Below are positions 48,250 to 58,542 of a stretch of 64,000 nt of DNA, piece after piece. This stretch comes from an uncultured Alphaproteobacteria bacterium. Its GTDB lineage: Bacteria > Pseudomonadota > Alphaproteobacteria > Rhizobiales > Beijerinckiaceae. A model generated the notes under the pieces. The model saw nothing but the letters and a program-made list of their open reading frames with translations, searched no databases and was not told the origin of the DNA. How positions within the stretch are numbered: position 1 is the stretch's first letter; the number at the start of each line of letters is the position of its first letter. The translations under genes and the position numbers were made by a program. The DNA lies in assembly GCA_963828185.1 (NCBI GenBank), contig CAWHDV010000008.1, forward strand, positions 126,029-190,028, given 5' to 3'.

Positions 48250-49551
48250 TTGCTTCCTAAAGTCGTGATCCTCGGAGCAGGCTTTGGCGGCATTGCGGCT
48301 GCGAAGGCGCTGTGCAATTGCCGCGCGGACGTTTTGCTCATCGATAAAACCAACCATCACCTGTTTCAGCCGCTGCTTTATCAGGTCGCGACCGCCGCGC
48401 TGGCGCCTTCAGACATCGCGGCGCCGGCGCGGGCGCTGCTGCGGCGCGGAAAAAACGTCAAAGTCTTGATGGCGGCAGTCATTGGAATCGACACGAAGTC
48501 TCGTCGCGTTCGGCTCGATGACGGCGCGGCTGTCGATTTCGATTTTCTTATCATCGGCACAGGTTCGGTCTATGGTTTTTTTGGCCACGATCGCTGGGCG
48601 AAACATGTCCGCGTCCTCAAGACGCTGGAAGACGCGCTCGAAATCAGGTCGGTGTTGCTTTTCGCGTTCGAATTGGCCGAGCGCTGCGCCGATGCGCAAA
48701 AAACGCAACATCTTCTCACGTTCGTGATTGTCGGCGGCGGTCCGACCGGGGTTGAACTGGCCGGCACAATCGCCGAGTTGGCGCAGGCGACGCTGGCGCG
48801 CGACTTCCGCAACATCGACGCGCGCGCGTCGCGCATAATCCTTTGCGAGGGCGGCGACCGCTTGCTGCCCGCCTTCACTGCGGCTCAATCCGCCTATTGC
48901 CTCAAGGCGTTGCAGTCGCTCGGCGTGCAAGTCCGGCTAGGCGCGATGGTCAGCGAGATCGACGGCTTGGGCATTCGTCTCGGCGAGGAGTTCATTTCGG
49001 CTTCGACGATCCTGTGGTGCGCGGGAACCGAGGCGACGCCGGCGGCGCGATGGCTTGCGGCCGCGGCGGCGAAAAACGGTTGCGTGACGGTTTCAACCGA
49101 TTGCTCCGTTCCCGGCCATCCCGAAATTTTCGCGATTGGCGATGTCGCCAACTTCGACGATGGGACCGGCCGGCCGCTTCCCGGCCTCGCTCCGGTCGCC
49201 AAGCAGCAGGGTCGATATGTCGGCGCGCTGGTGCGCGCGCGCGTGTCCGGCGACCCAGCGCCGTTGCCGTTTCGCTATCGCGACTACGGGATCATGGCGA
49301 TCATTGGCCGCTCGCGCGCGGTCGCCCGCATCGCCGGCCTGGCGCTGACCGGCTTCATCGCCTGGCTGACATGGTCACTCGTCCATCTGATGCTGCTGGT
49401 GGATTTCCGCAGCCGCCTGATCGTCTATGTCAACTGGGCCTGGGCCTGGTTTACCTATGGGCGCGGGGCGCGGCTTTTGACCGAAACGCCGGCGCGCACA
49501 GCGCGCATGAACGTTCCGAAAGACCCGGCAGACGGAATTGGCGCCGGATGA
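48250..49551 (+). CDS. ndh: Type II NADH:quinone oxidoreductase (NDH-2)
   Basis: VILGAGFGG, HLFQPLLYQVAT, IVGGGPTGVELAG, AIGD, LAPVAKQQG, F.YRDYG.MA.IG. Confidence 0.92.
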   Translation: MLPKVVILGAGFGGIAAAKALCNCRADVLLIDKTNHHLFQPLLYQVATAALAPSDIAAPARALLRRGKNVKVLMAAVIGIDTKSRRVRLDDGAAVDFDFLIIGTGSVYGFFGHDRWAKHVRVLKTLEDALEIRSVLLFAFELAERCADAQKTQHLLTFVIVGGGPTGVELAGTIAELAQATLARDFRNIDARASRIILCEGGDRLLPAFTAAQSAYCLKALQSLGVQVRLGAMVSEIDGLGIRLGEEFISASTILWCAGTEATPAARWLAAAAAKNGCVTVSTDCSVPGHPEIFAIGDVANFDDGTGRPLPGLAPVAKQQGRYVGALVRARVSGDPAPLPFRYRDYGIMAIIGRSRAVARIAGLALTGFIAWLTWSLVHLMLLVDFRSRLIVYVNWAWAWFTYGRGARLLTETPARTARMNVPKDPADGIGAG

Positions 49552-49640
49552 CCCGGCACGCGCTGAACCTTGAGCTTGTGCGGCGCTCGCCACACCCGTC
49601 AGCATTCGAGGCGCGCTGCGGACAAAAAGACGGTCGCGTC

Positions 49641-49665
49641 TGAACCGCTACGGCTTCGCCGGGTT
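49641..49665 (+). promoter_or_regulatory. Putative EcfG-type promoter
   Basis: TGAAC-N16-GGTT, 35 nt before ATG 49700. Confidence 0.45.
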
Positions 49666-49699
49666 TCAAGGGCGACATGTTTTCCATCGCGAGCGGAAT

Positions 49700-50227
49700 A
49701 TGGATCGAACCCACATCCAGCATCAGCTTCAGGAATTGATCGGCGCCGGCGGCAGCGACAACATCCTCTGGTGGCAGATGTGCGTGAGGGGCGCGCTGGT
49801 CTTCCTGTTCGGCCTGGTCATCATCCGCCTTTTCGGGCGCAAGGCTTTTGGCAAGCAGACGCCGCTCGACATCGTCCTGGCGATCGTCATGGGCTCCAGT
49901 CTCAGCCGTACGCTGACAGGCAACGCGCCCTTCGTGGCCACGCTCGCGGCCATGACGCTGATCGCCTTCCTGTTCTGGCTGCTGGAGCATCTGGCGATCC
50001 GCTGGCGCGGCTTCAGCCGTCTGGTCAAGGGCGAGCCCATCCCGCTGGTGCGCAATGGTCGCTGCGACCAACAGCAAATGCGACGAGCAGCTATCGGCGC
50101 AGCGGATCTCGAGGAGGCCGCCAGGCAGTCCGGCCTTGGCGGCCTGGACGAAATCGGCGAAGCCGTTCTGGAAAGAAGCGGCAAGATCAGCGCAAAACGC
50201 CGGGACGACAGCCGCCAATCCCCTTGA
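49700..50227 (+). CDS. DUF421/YetF-family membrane protein
   Basis: RLFGRKAF...TPLDIVLAIVMGS..LVKGEPIPLVRNG..AVLERSGKIS. Confidence 0.8.
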   Translation: MDRTHIQHQLQELIGAGGSDNILWWQMCVRGALVFLFGLVIIRLFGRKAFGKQTPLDIVLAIVMGSSLSRTLTGNAPFVATLAAMTLIAFLFWLLEHLAIRWRGFSRLVKGEPIPLVRNGRCDQQQMRRAAIGAADLEEAARQSGLGGLDEIGEAVLERSGKISAKRRDDSRQSP

Positions 50228-50456
50228 TCCCTTGCGTTTGCAGGAGAGCGCGCGAGATTTACGCCTTTATCGAAGAGTCGGGAGCCTTGATGCGCTCGTC
50301 GGGTGTTCGTCGAGTTCGCGCGAGTTCGGCCATTCCGTGCAGGGCGCTCCAACCTGTCATCGTCGCCGCGGCCTATTGTGCCGGCGATGCGTGAGTCAGG
50401 CAGAATCCGCTCTCGACGCTTCTCCCTCCCGGTGGCATGATGCATCTGAGGCTTGG

Positions 50457-51665
50457 ATGTCGAAATTCGACCACGTCACAAGGAGCGAAATCGAAGCCGC
50501 CGCCGCCCATCTTGCGGCGGTCGTCGGCGCCTCCTCCGACGCCATTATCAGCAAGACGCTCGACGGGGTGATCCTCAGCTGGAACCCCGGCGCCACGCGG
50601 ATTTTCGGCTACGGCGCCGAGGAAATGATCGGGCAGCCGATCATGCGGCTGATCCCGCCGGACCGCGCCCAGGAAGAGATTGTCATCCTGGCGCGGCTCA
50701 AGGCTGGCGAGCGCTTCGACCAATACGAAACCGTTCGCGTTGCGAGGGATGGACGAAAGCTTGACGTCTCCGTGACGATTTCGCCCATTTATAATGCCTC
50801 GGGCGAGATTGTGGCTGCGTCGAAAATTGTTCGCGACATCACCGATCGCAAGCGCGCCATCGAGCGGGAGGCTGAAACTCTAAAGGCGCATATCGCCGAG
50901 CAGACTCGCATTGCTGCCTTGTTGCAAGAGAGTGAGGCGAGGGTTAGGGCGATCAACCTTGAACTGGAGCGGCGCGTAGGCGATCAGACGGCAGAGCTTC
51001 GAGCCGCCAACGCCTATTTGACCGACGCGCTTGAGCAGCGCAGCAGCGCGCTCGCGCAGCGCGATATCCTGCTTCGCGAGGTTTATCATCGCGTGAAGAA
51101 CAACCTGCAGATGGTCGATGCTCTGCTCGTGGCGGAGTCCCGACATCTTGGCGACGCAGAAGCGGCCAGCGCCTTGTTCAGCCTGCGTCAGCGGATTTAC
51201 GCGCTGGGGCTGGTTCACCAGCAGCTGATGGAATCGAGAGACTTGAAAACGTTCGACATTGCGCCCTTCCTGCGAGAACTTGCCGACAAGATTGTTCGCG
51301 CCGCCGGAAAACGAGGCGTCAACGTCGCGGTGAACTCAATTCCGTTGGCGGTCGGTCTGGATTTCGCCATTCCGATCGGACTGCTGGTGACGGAGCTGCT
51401 GACCAATTCACTCAAACATGCCTTCCCGACCGGGACAGGACATATTTCCGTCTTGCTGCGACGGGACGCAGCGCGAAAGCTTGTCCTCATCATATCTGAC
51501 GATGGTCAGGGTCGGCCAAACGGCCCAACCTCGCGTGAGGCCGCTCCGGGTCTTGGAATGAAGATAATTGCGGGTCTTGTCGCCCAGCTCAATGGCGTCA
51601 TGACCGCAAGGAGCGAGAACGGCATGCGCACTGAAATTCAAGTCGACGAACCGGCAACGTCATGA
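50457..51665 (+). CDS. PAS sensor histidine kinase, HWE/HisKA_2 type
   Basis: PAS (SSDAIISKTLDGVILSWNPGA); EVYHRVKNNLQ; ELLTNSLKHAF; GLGMKII. Confidence 0.92.
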   Translation: MSKFDHVTRSEIEAAAAHLAAVVGASSDAIISKTLDGVILSWNPGATRIFGYGAEEMIGQPIMRLIPPDRAQEEIVILARLKAGERFDQYETVRVARDGRKLDVSVTISPIYNASGEIVAASKIVRDITDRKRAIEREAETLKAHIAEQTRIAALLQESEARVRAINLELERRVGDQTAELRAANAYLTDALEQRSSALAQRDILLREVYHRVKNNLQMVDALLVAESRHLGDAEAASALFSLRQRIYALGLVHQQLMESRDLKTFDIAPFLRELADKIVRAAGKRGVNVAVNSIPLAVGLDFAIPIGLLVTELLTNSLKHAFPTGTGHISVLLRRDAARKLVLIISDDGQGRPNGPTSREAAPGLGMKIIAGLVAQLNGVMTARSENGMRTEIQVDEPATS

Positions 51666-52039
51666 ACGAACTGCATGACAAGGTGCTGATCGTCGACGAC
51701 GAGTTCTTGATCGTCATGGGGCTGTCCATGCAGGTTGAGGATATGGGCAGGGAAGTCTGTGGCACGGCGGCGACCGCGGATGAGGCGGTCGCGCTCGCCC
51801 AGAAATATCGGCCATCGATCGTGCTGATGGATATGCGTCTGATGGGCCAGAAGGACGGCGTCGATGCGGCGCTTGCAATCCATGAAACCGTGGGCTCGAA
51901 AGTCATATTCATCACGGGGTCGCGCGAACCGGCGACGGTGGCGCGTATTCATCTCGATCATCCCTCGGCGGTGCTTTTCAAGCCGGTGACTGATGAGGAG
52001 CTTCGGTCGGCGATTGACGCGGCCGGAGCGGCCGCCTGA
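51662..52039 (+). CDS. Single-domain response regulator
   Basis: VLIVDDE, VLMDMRL, VIFITG, LFKP; ATGA overlap with the kinase. Confidence 0.92.
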   Translation: MNELHDKVLIVDDEFLIVMGLSMQVEDMGREVCGTAATADEAVALAQKYRPSIVLMDMRLMGQKDGVDAALAIHETVGSKVIFITGSREPATVARIHLDHPSAVLFKPVTDEELRSAIDAAGAAA

Positions 52040-52081
52040 CGGCGCTCACAACGGCGGCCAAGGACGCGGCGCAGCAGCGCC

Positions 52082-52318
52082 TCACGCCCAAGCCGCATGG
52101 CGCAATGACGAAGCCGCAGAAAGCGCGGTGGCGACGCCGACGCGTATGATCATGTCGCCGCGATGATCGAGCACCTGCAGAGACTCGCCTGGCCGACCGT
52201 GTTCTTGCGCAACGTCGGCCAGAGCACGCCATATTGCCGCAGTCGACGGAAACACAGCCGCCTCCTCATAACGAACTTCGCCGTTGGAGGTAACCAGTCG
52301 CAAATTCATTTTTTGCAT
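52082..52318 (-). CDS. Small hypothetical protein (DUF6894-like)
   Basis: 78-aa ORF with LQVLDHRGDMIIRV pattern; family assignment is tentative. Confidence 0.45.
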   Translation of the reverse strand: MQKMNLRLVTSNGEVRYEEAAVFPSTAAIWRALADVAQEHGRPGESLQVLDHRGDMIIRVGVATALSAASSLRHAAWA

Positions 52319-52364
52319 GAATTATCGCTTTTTCGCAATATTTAACAGAAAGTTGCGTGCCGTC

Positions 52365-52679
52365 TTATCGCGGGCAAAACGCGCCAACGTAGGACGGGGG
52401 CAAATATCGTTCAGCAGGGAAGCCGGTCTTTTTGCGCAAATCGGCATAAGCCATGATCAAAGCTGAGCGGGAAAAGGCGCGCGGCGCCGCCCATTCCGGC
52501 TCATCGAGCAGCCATTGCTCGATCGTTTCGTCGGCGCATTCTTCATCGGAATGCGACGCCAGATACGACTGTTGATCGACGATGTCATTGAGTCCGCCGT
52601 CCGCGAGGTAGGCTTGGGCGATGGCGCGGTGCATTTCGGCAGCGGATTGATGAATTTTCGACTGGAATTCGAAATGCAT
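52365..52679 (-). CDS. Hypothetical protein (104 aa)
   Basis: AAGGA SD before ATG 52679 (MHFEFQSKIHQSAAEMHRAIAQAYLADGG...). Confidence 0.55.
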   Translation of the reverse strand: MHFEFQSKIHQSAAEMHRAIAQAYLADGGLNDIVDQQSYLASHSDEECADETIEQWLLDEPEWAAPRAFSRSALIMAYADLRKKTGFPAERYLPPSYVGAFCPR

Positions 52680-52946
52680 CTGCAATTCCTTTTTTGTTGT
52701 GGGTCGCCACGTCCTCTCGACTTGAGATGCCTCAAAGCGCCTAAATTGAGAAATAAATAGATTGTGATCGCGGTTGGGGCGCCGTGTCAGGAAAGTTCTG
52801 ACTTGCCAGCGCCGGACTCCCAGCGCCTTGTCGCTTCCCAACCGCATCGCCTTAGGCTTTGCTTGCCGCAAGCCGAAATGATTGCAAGCTTGACGCTTAT
52901 GCCTGAACCGTAGCCTTTTATGACCTAAAGTCTTGTGAGTTTCAGA

Positions 52947-53247
52947 ATGCCCCAGCTCAAGAAAATATCGAGTGGCGATACGGTCGTTCCCGAAGTCGGC
53001 GACGCCCTGGCGGCGGAACTCTGGAGCCTGCGGCTTTATGTTGCGGGCCAGACCGACAAGTCGATCCGGGCGATCAGGAACCTCTCCCGGATTTGCGCCG
53101 AGCATACTGGCGGAGGGCGATCAGATCCTGGCGATTCCGACCCTGGTGCGTCGGCTGCCCGAGCCGATCAAGAGAATCATCGGCGATCTGTCAAATGAAG
53201 AGCGCGTTCTGGTCGGCCTCGACATTCGCCCGCTCGCAAGCGCATAA
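52947..53247 (+). pseudogene. kaiB: KaiB-like gene with an internal frameshifting deletion (about 50 nt) at 53105/53106
   Basis: [26 protein letters not shown] in one frame and [29 protein letters not shown] in another; the GxYxLxVID segment is missing. Confidence 0.85.
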
Positions 53248-53271
53248 AGGTGGATTAACCGGGGAAGCGCA

Positions 53272-53553
53272 GTGTCCGAAATTCGCCATTCCCTGACTTT
53301 GTTCGTGACCGGGATCACGCCGCGCTCGCTGCGCGCGGACGCCAATGTGCGCGCATTTTGCGAGTGCGAGCTGCACGGCGGCTACGATCTCGAAATTGTC
53401 GATCTCCACGAACATCCCGAAAGGGCGCAGCAAGCCAATGTGGTGGTTTCGCCGACCCTTGCGCGCGCGCATCCCAAACCCGTCCGGCTGCTGTTCGGCG
53501 ACATGTCCGACAAGGACAAGCGGAGTTCCCTGCTAAGTCTGGCGCAAACATGA
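53272..53553 (+). CDS. kaiB: KaiB-like protein
   Basis: LTLFVTGITPRSLRA..N..YDLEIVDL..P..A....SPTL....P.PVR.LFGDMSD. Confidence 0.85.
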   Translation: MSEIRHSLTLFVTGITPRSLRADANVRAFCECELHGGYDLEIVDLHEHPERAQQANVVVSPTLARAHPKPVRLLFGDMSDKDKRSSLLSLAQT

Positions 53554-56500
53554 GCAAAAAGCCCCAGATCTCGCCTCAGGAACTGGCAACGCTGCGCGGA
53601 AAACTGGCCGAAGCCGAGGACATGCTGCGCGCCATTCGCGCCGGCGAAGTCGACGCCATCGTCGTCGAGGGACCGCACGAGCACGCTCCTTCGATTTATA
53701 CCCTCAAAGGCGCTGCCGACCCTTATCGGCTGCTGGTCGAGCAAATGGCGGAAGGCGCGCTGACGGTTTCGTCGGATGGCCTCATTCTCTATTGCAACGC
53801 CGCCTTAGCCCGAATGATCGGCCGTCCGCGCGAGCGTCTGGTCGGCACGGCGATCGCCAACTTTGTCGTGAGCGACGATTCCAAGTCAATCGAGAAGCTT
53901 TTCGCGCCCTCGGCATTGGCGGGGCAGGCTGTCCGGCTGAAAGCCGACGACGGCGCGATCAAGCACGCGCACGTCTCGGTGACGCCGATGACAACGGCGG
54001 GAGAGCCGGTCCATTGCGTGGTTGTGACCGATCTCAGCCGGCAGGAGCTGCGCGTCCTGCATGAAGCGGTCGTCAATGCTTCGGCGGATGCGATCTACGC
54101 GCTGCGTCTCGATGGAACGATCAAGAGCTGGAACGCCGGCGCGCAAAGGCTTTACGGCTATACGGCGCAAGAGGCGATCGGCCGCAACATCCGCATGGTC
54201 ATCCCGGAAGATCAGCAAGAAAATGCCGACGAGTTGTTTCGTCGTGTGGCGCGGGGAGAAACCGAGCGGCGCGAAGTCGTCCGCCGCACGAAATCGGGCG
54301 CAGCGGTCGATATCGCGCTCAGCGTTTCGCCAATCATCGGCGTCGACGGGCGCGCAAGCGGCATAGCTACGATCGCGCGCGACGTCAGCAAGCGCAAGGC
54401 GGCCGAGGCGGCGCTGCGCGCCAGCGAGGCGCGGCTGCGCAACATGGGCGACAATCTGCCCGACAGCGCCATTTACGAATATGCTCATGATCCAAGCGGC
54501 ATACCACGCTACCTTCATGTCAGCGACGGCATCGAGAAGCTGACCGGCATCCGCGCCGAAGAGCTGTTGCGCGATGGAACGCTGTTCGCCAGGCAAATTC
54601 CGCCCGAATATTTGCTCGATATCTTGCAGGCGATGGAGCGCAGCAGGCGTGACCTGACGCCCTTCGCCATGGACGTGCCGATCCAGCACAGAGACGGCGA
54701 ATTGCGCTGGCTGCGCATCCAGGCGCGTCTGCGTCGCCTGCCTGACGGCAGCGTTGTCTCGGACGGCGTCAAGACCGACATTACCGCGCGCAAGCGGGCC
54801 GAAGCGAAGCTGCTCGAAAGCGAGGAGCGTTTCCGGGTGGCGCTCGGCAAGTCGCCGACCGCTCTTTTTGAGCAGGGCCTCGATCTTCGCTATACCTGGA
54901 TTTACAATCCCAAACTCGGCAATGCCGCCGATGCGGTCATCGGCAAGACCGACGCCGACATCATGGATCCGTCTTGCGCGCCGGCGCTGGAAGCGATCAA
55001 GCGCCGGGTTATCGCCACCGGCCAGCCCGAACGCCGGGAAGTGGCTTCGGCCGCTCACGGCGCGCCGATGGAATATCACGATCTCTACGTCGAGCCCCGT
55101 CGCGACGCATCGGGGCGGATCGTTGGCGTTATCTGCGCGGCGACCGATATCACCGCAGCGAAAAACATGCGCGACGCCTTGCAGCTCAGCGATGATCGCT
55201 TCCGTCTGGCTTTGGCGACCGGGCAAACCGCGGCCTTCACGATGGATCGGGAGCGGCGCATCACCTGGGCGCATTCCAACCGGGTCGGTCTTCGCGATGC
55301 GGAGATGACGAACAAGACATTGTTCGATATTTTCGCCAGGCCGGATGCGGAGAGGCTCGACGCCCTCTATCGCAAGGTGATCGAAACGGGCGTCGGAATT
55401 CGTCAGGACGAGGACGTGCAAAGCCTCGCAAAACCGACCCGACAACATCTCCAGATTTGCGCCGAGCCGCTGCGGGACGGCGACGGCGAAATCGTCGGCC
55501 TCGTGGCCGCCGCGTCGGACGTCACTTCCCGCAAGCAGGCTGAAGCGAAACTGCTCGAAAGCGAGCAGCGGACGCGGCTCGCCACAGAGGCGACGGAGGT
55601 CGGCATCTGGGAGTGGAATGTCGCGACGGACGAAATTTTGTGGGACGCCCAGATGTTTCGCATCTATGGCGTCGCGACAACCAGGGATGGGCTTCTGACT
55701 TACGCGGACTGGGCTGATTTCGTCCACCCGGAAGATTTCGCGGAACAGGACGCGATGTTGCGAAAGCAGGCGCGCGAAGGCGGAAATAGCCAACGCGAGT
55801 TTCGCATTCGCCGACCCGACGGTCAGGTTCGCTATATCCAGGCCAGCGAGACGCTCCGCGCCAATGCGCAAGGTCAAAAAGAATGGGTGGTGGGGACCAA
55901 TCTCGACGTCACCGAGCGCAAGCACGCGGAACAGGCGTTGCGCGCCAGCGAGGCTTATAGCCGCAGCGTGTTCGAGGCGAGTCCTGATTGCGTCAAGATC
56001 CTCAGCCTCGACGGTTGTCTCGAATGGATGAACGACAACGGCCTCCGGCTCCTGGAGATTTACGATTTCGATGCGGTCCGCGGCAAGTATTGGCCCGATC
56101 TGTGGCCGACGGAGGCGCGAAAGACGATGGAGGCGGCGCTGGCCGACGCCCGCGCAGGCCGCGGCGCGCATTTCTCGGGATTTTGCCCGACGTGTAAAGG
56201 CGCGCCAAAATGGTGGGACGTGATGATCACCGCCGTTCCCGGCCCGGATGGATCGCCCGTTCGTCTCGTCGCCGCCTCGCGAGACGTCACCGAGAAAAAA
56301 TATTCCGAGGACGCGCTCGCCGCCGCGAAGGCCGAAGCCGAACGCGCCAGCGAAGCCAAATCGAAATTTTTGGCGGCGGCGAGCCACGATCTGCGCCAGC
56401 CGGTGCAATCGCTGACCATGTTGATGGCCGTCCTGCAACGCCAGGTCGCCGACAAGCCCAAGGCCGCCGAAGCCGTAGCCATGGCGAACATGGCGGTGAA

Positions 56501-57476
56501 AAGCCTGTCCGGCTTGCTGACCGGCATTCTCGACATTTCCAAGCTCGACGCCGGTGTTGTGGAGCCCCGCGTCGCCAGCGTCGACCTGGGCGCGCTCGCC
56601 GAGAAGCTGGCCAACGAATATCGCCCGCGCGCGGCGGCGAACGGGCTCTCCTTGCGCCTCGCGTCCTGCGCTCTCTGCGGGTGCGCCGACGAAGAGATGC
56701 TGGAGCGGATCTTGCGCAATCTGCTCGAAAATGCGCTGCGCTACACGGCCAGCGGCGGCATCCTCCTTGGCGTTCGCCGACGCGGCGAAACCGTCAGGAT
56801 CGACGTAATCGACACGGGCGTCGGTATTCCGGCCGACAAACAGGCCGAGATTTTCGAGGAATTCCGCCAGCTCAACAACCAGGCGCGCGATAGCAGCCAG
56901 GGACTTGGCCTCGGCCTTTCCATCGTTTCCCGCCTCGCCCGTCTGCTGGGCGCCGAAGTTCAGGTCGCCTCGCGCCTCGGGCGTGGCTCACGCTTCTCGC
57001 TGTCTCTGCGGCGGGACCACGCCGCGCCGCCGGCGAAATGCATCAAGCCGGTGCTCGGCGATCCCGGCGGACGCGTCCTCGTCATCGAGGACAACGCCGA
57101 TCTGCGCCGGGCCTTCGAGGTCATGCTGAGCGAGTGGGGCTATACCACGCTCAGCGTCGCCACCGCCGGCGAGGCTCTCGCTCGGGCCGAGGCGGAGGAC
57201 TGGCGGTTCGACGCCATTTTAGCCGATCATCGGCTTGGCCCCGGTCTCAACGGCGCCGGCGCGGCTGCGGAAATCCTGCGTCGCGCGCAGCGGCCTATCC
57301 CAACCTTGATCGTGACAGGAGACACCGCCAAGGAGCGGATCGCCGAGATCCACAAAAGCGGCTTCGTCATGCTGCACAAACCGGTGGAGGCCGCGGATTT
57401 GCGGCAGCGTCTGGCGCAGGCGCTGCGGGGGCGCCTGTTTCCCCAGGCCCGTCTCAGTTCCGGCGATCGCGGCTGA
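53550..57476 (+). CDS. Hybrid sensor histidine kinase with about 7 PAS domains, HisKA, HATPase and receiver
   Basis: N-terminal KLAEAEDMLRAIRAGEVDAIVV; repeated PAS/PAC segments; FLAAASHDLRQP; GLGLGL; receiver DAILADH..LHKP. ATG overlaps the kaiB stop. Confidence 0.93.
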   Translation: MSKKPQISPQELATLRGKLAEAEDMLRAIRAGEVDAIVVEGPHEHAPSIYTLKGAADPYRLLVEQMAEGALTVSSDGLILYCNAALARMIGRPRERLVGTAIANFVVSDDSKSIEKLFAPSALAGQAVRLKADDGAIKHAHVSVTPMTTAGEPVHCVVVTDLSRQELRVLHEAVVNASADAIYALRLDGTIKSWNAGAQRLYGYTAQEAIGRNIRMVIPEDQQENADELFRRVARGETERREVVRRTKSGAAVDIALSVSPIIGVDGRASGIATIARDVSKRKAAEAALRASEARLRNMGDNLPDSAIYEYAHDPSGIPRYLHVSDGIEKLTGIRAEELLRDGTLFARQIPPEYLLDILQAMERSRRDLTPFAMDVPIQHRDGELRWLRIQARLRRLPDGSVVSDGVKTDITARKRAEAKLLESEERFRVALGKSPTALFEQGLDLRYTWIYNPKLGNAADAVIGKTDADIMDPSCAPALEAIKRRVIATGQPERREVASAAHGAPMEYHDLYVEPRRDASGRIVGVICAATDITAAKNMRDALQLSDDRFRLALATGQTAAFTMDRERRITWAHSNRVGLRDAEMTNKTLFDIFARPDAERLDALYRKVIETGVGIRQDEDVQSLAKPTRQHLQICAEPLRDGDGEIVGLVAAASDVTSRKQAEAKLLESEQRTRLATEATEVGIWEWNVATDEILWDAQMFRIYGVATTRDGLLTYADWADFVHPEDFAEQDAMLRKQAREGGNSQREFRIRRPDGQVRYIQASETLRANAQGQKEWVVGTNLDVTERKHAEQALRASEAYSRSVFEASPDCVKILSLDGCLEWMNDNGLRLLEIYDFDAVRGKYWPDLWPTEARKTMEAALADARAGRGAHFSGFCPTCKGAPKWWDVMITAVPGPDGSPVRLVAASRDVTEKKYSEDALAAAKAEAERASEAKSKFLAAASHDLRQPVQSLTMLMAVLQRQVADKPKAAEAVAMANMAVKSLSGLLTGILDISKLDAGVVEPRVASVDLGALAEKLANEYRPRAAANGLSLRLASCALCGCADEEMLERILRNLLENALRYTASGGILLGVRRRGETVRIDVIDTGVGIPADKQAEIFEEFRQLNNQARDSSQGLGLGLSIVSRLARLLGAEVQVASRLGRGSRFSLSLRRDHAAPPAKCIKPVLGDPGGRVLVIEDNADLRRAFEVMLSEWGYTTLSVATAGEALARAEAEDWRFDAILADHRLGPGLNGAGAAAEILRRAQRPIPTLIVTGDTAKERIAEIHKSGFVMLHKPVEAADLRQRLAQALRGRLFPQARLSSGDRG

Positions 57477-57787
57477 ATTTTAAGTTGCCTGTAGACCGCG
57501 GCGATCGCTCAATCGTAGAGGCCGTTTTGGGCGACATGGTCGACGAGTTCGCATAGCTTTTCGCGCACTTTGACCGAAAGCGTCATGCCCCGGAAATATT
57601 CCTTGACGCGGTCAGCCACCGAGGGATGGCTGTTGATTGCGGATTCCGACGAAGCCGGCCACCTATTCCAATCTGAAGCCGGCCAGGATTCCGATCTGAA
57701 GCCGGCCGGGTGTTCCGACGCGAAGTCGGCCACCTTGGAAGCGCCCTTTGGGTCGTTGGTTGAAGTTGCTGGTTCCTGTTCAGCGCG

Positions 57788-58531
57788 TCAAGCGGCGATC
57801 TCTTTTCGCTTGGCTTTTCGCAAGCTCTCGCCGTCGAGCGCGATGCGATAGGCGTTGTGCACGACGCGGTCGAGGATGGCGTCGGCGTGGGTCGGGCTGC
57901 CGATAATTTCGTACCAGCGGTCGACCGGCAACTGGCTGGTGATGAGGATTGAGCCGACATCGTAGCGATCTTCGACGATTTCCAGCAGATCGCGCCGCTG
58001 GTCGGCGGTGAGCGGCTCTGGCCCCCAATCGTCCAGAATGAGCAGCTTGGAGCGCGCGATCGAACGCAAGACCTTGTTGTAGCGCCCCGTTTCACGGGCG
58101 GCTTCGAGTTCGGAGAAGAGCCGCGGCGAGCGGCGGTAAAGCACCGAGAGGTCGTCGCGGCACGCCTTGTGGCCAAGGGCGCAGGCAAGCCAACTCTTGC
58201 CGACGCCGGCTGGCCCGGTAATCAGGCAGTTGCGCCGCTCGCGGATCCAATCGCATGCCGCGAGCTTGAGGAAAAGCGCGCGATCGAGGCCGCGCGCGGC
58301 GCGATAATCGACGTCCTCCACGCTGGCGGCGTGGCGCAGATTGGCCGCCTTGGCCCGCGCCTCGAAGCGCTTCTGCCGGCGCAGAAGAACTTCGCGGTCG
58401 AGCACCAGGCCGAGCCATTCGGCGTGGGTCAGCGCGCCCGCTTCCGGACTGGCCTGCAAATCCGTAAAGCCCTTGGCCATGCCATGGAGGCCGAGTTCAT
58501 GCAGCTGATCGAGCGTGGGGTGGTTCAACAT
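57788..58531 (-). CDS. istB: IS21 helper ATPase IstB
   Basis: GPAGVGKS, LLILDDWG, ITSQLP, ADAILDRVVHNA. Confidence 0.96.
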   Translation of the reverse strand: MLNHPTLDQLHELGLHGMAKGFTDLQASPEAGALTHAEWLGLVLDREVLLRRQKRFEARAKAANLRHAASVEDVDYRAARGLDRALFLKLAACDWIRERRNCLITGPAGVGKSWLACALGHKACRDDLSVLYRRSPRLFSELEAARETGRYNKVLRSIARSKLLILDDWGPEPLTADQRRDLLEIVEDRYDVGSILITSQLPVDRWYEIIGSPTHADAILDRVVHNAYRIALDGESLRKAKRKEIAA

Positions 58532-58542
58532 AAGGTTCCCTT

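Noticed and set aside
57638-57740. Spaced repeats of about 22 bp that look like CRISPR or iterons (also 60170-60297)
   Set aside because: They are the subterminal transposase-binding repeats typical of IS21 ends.
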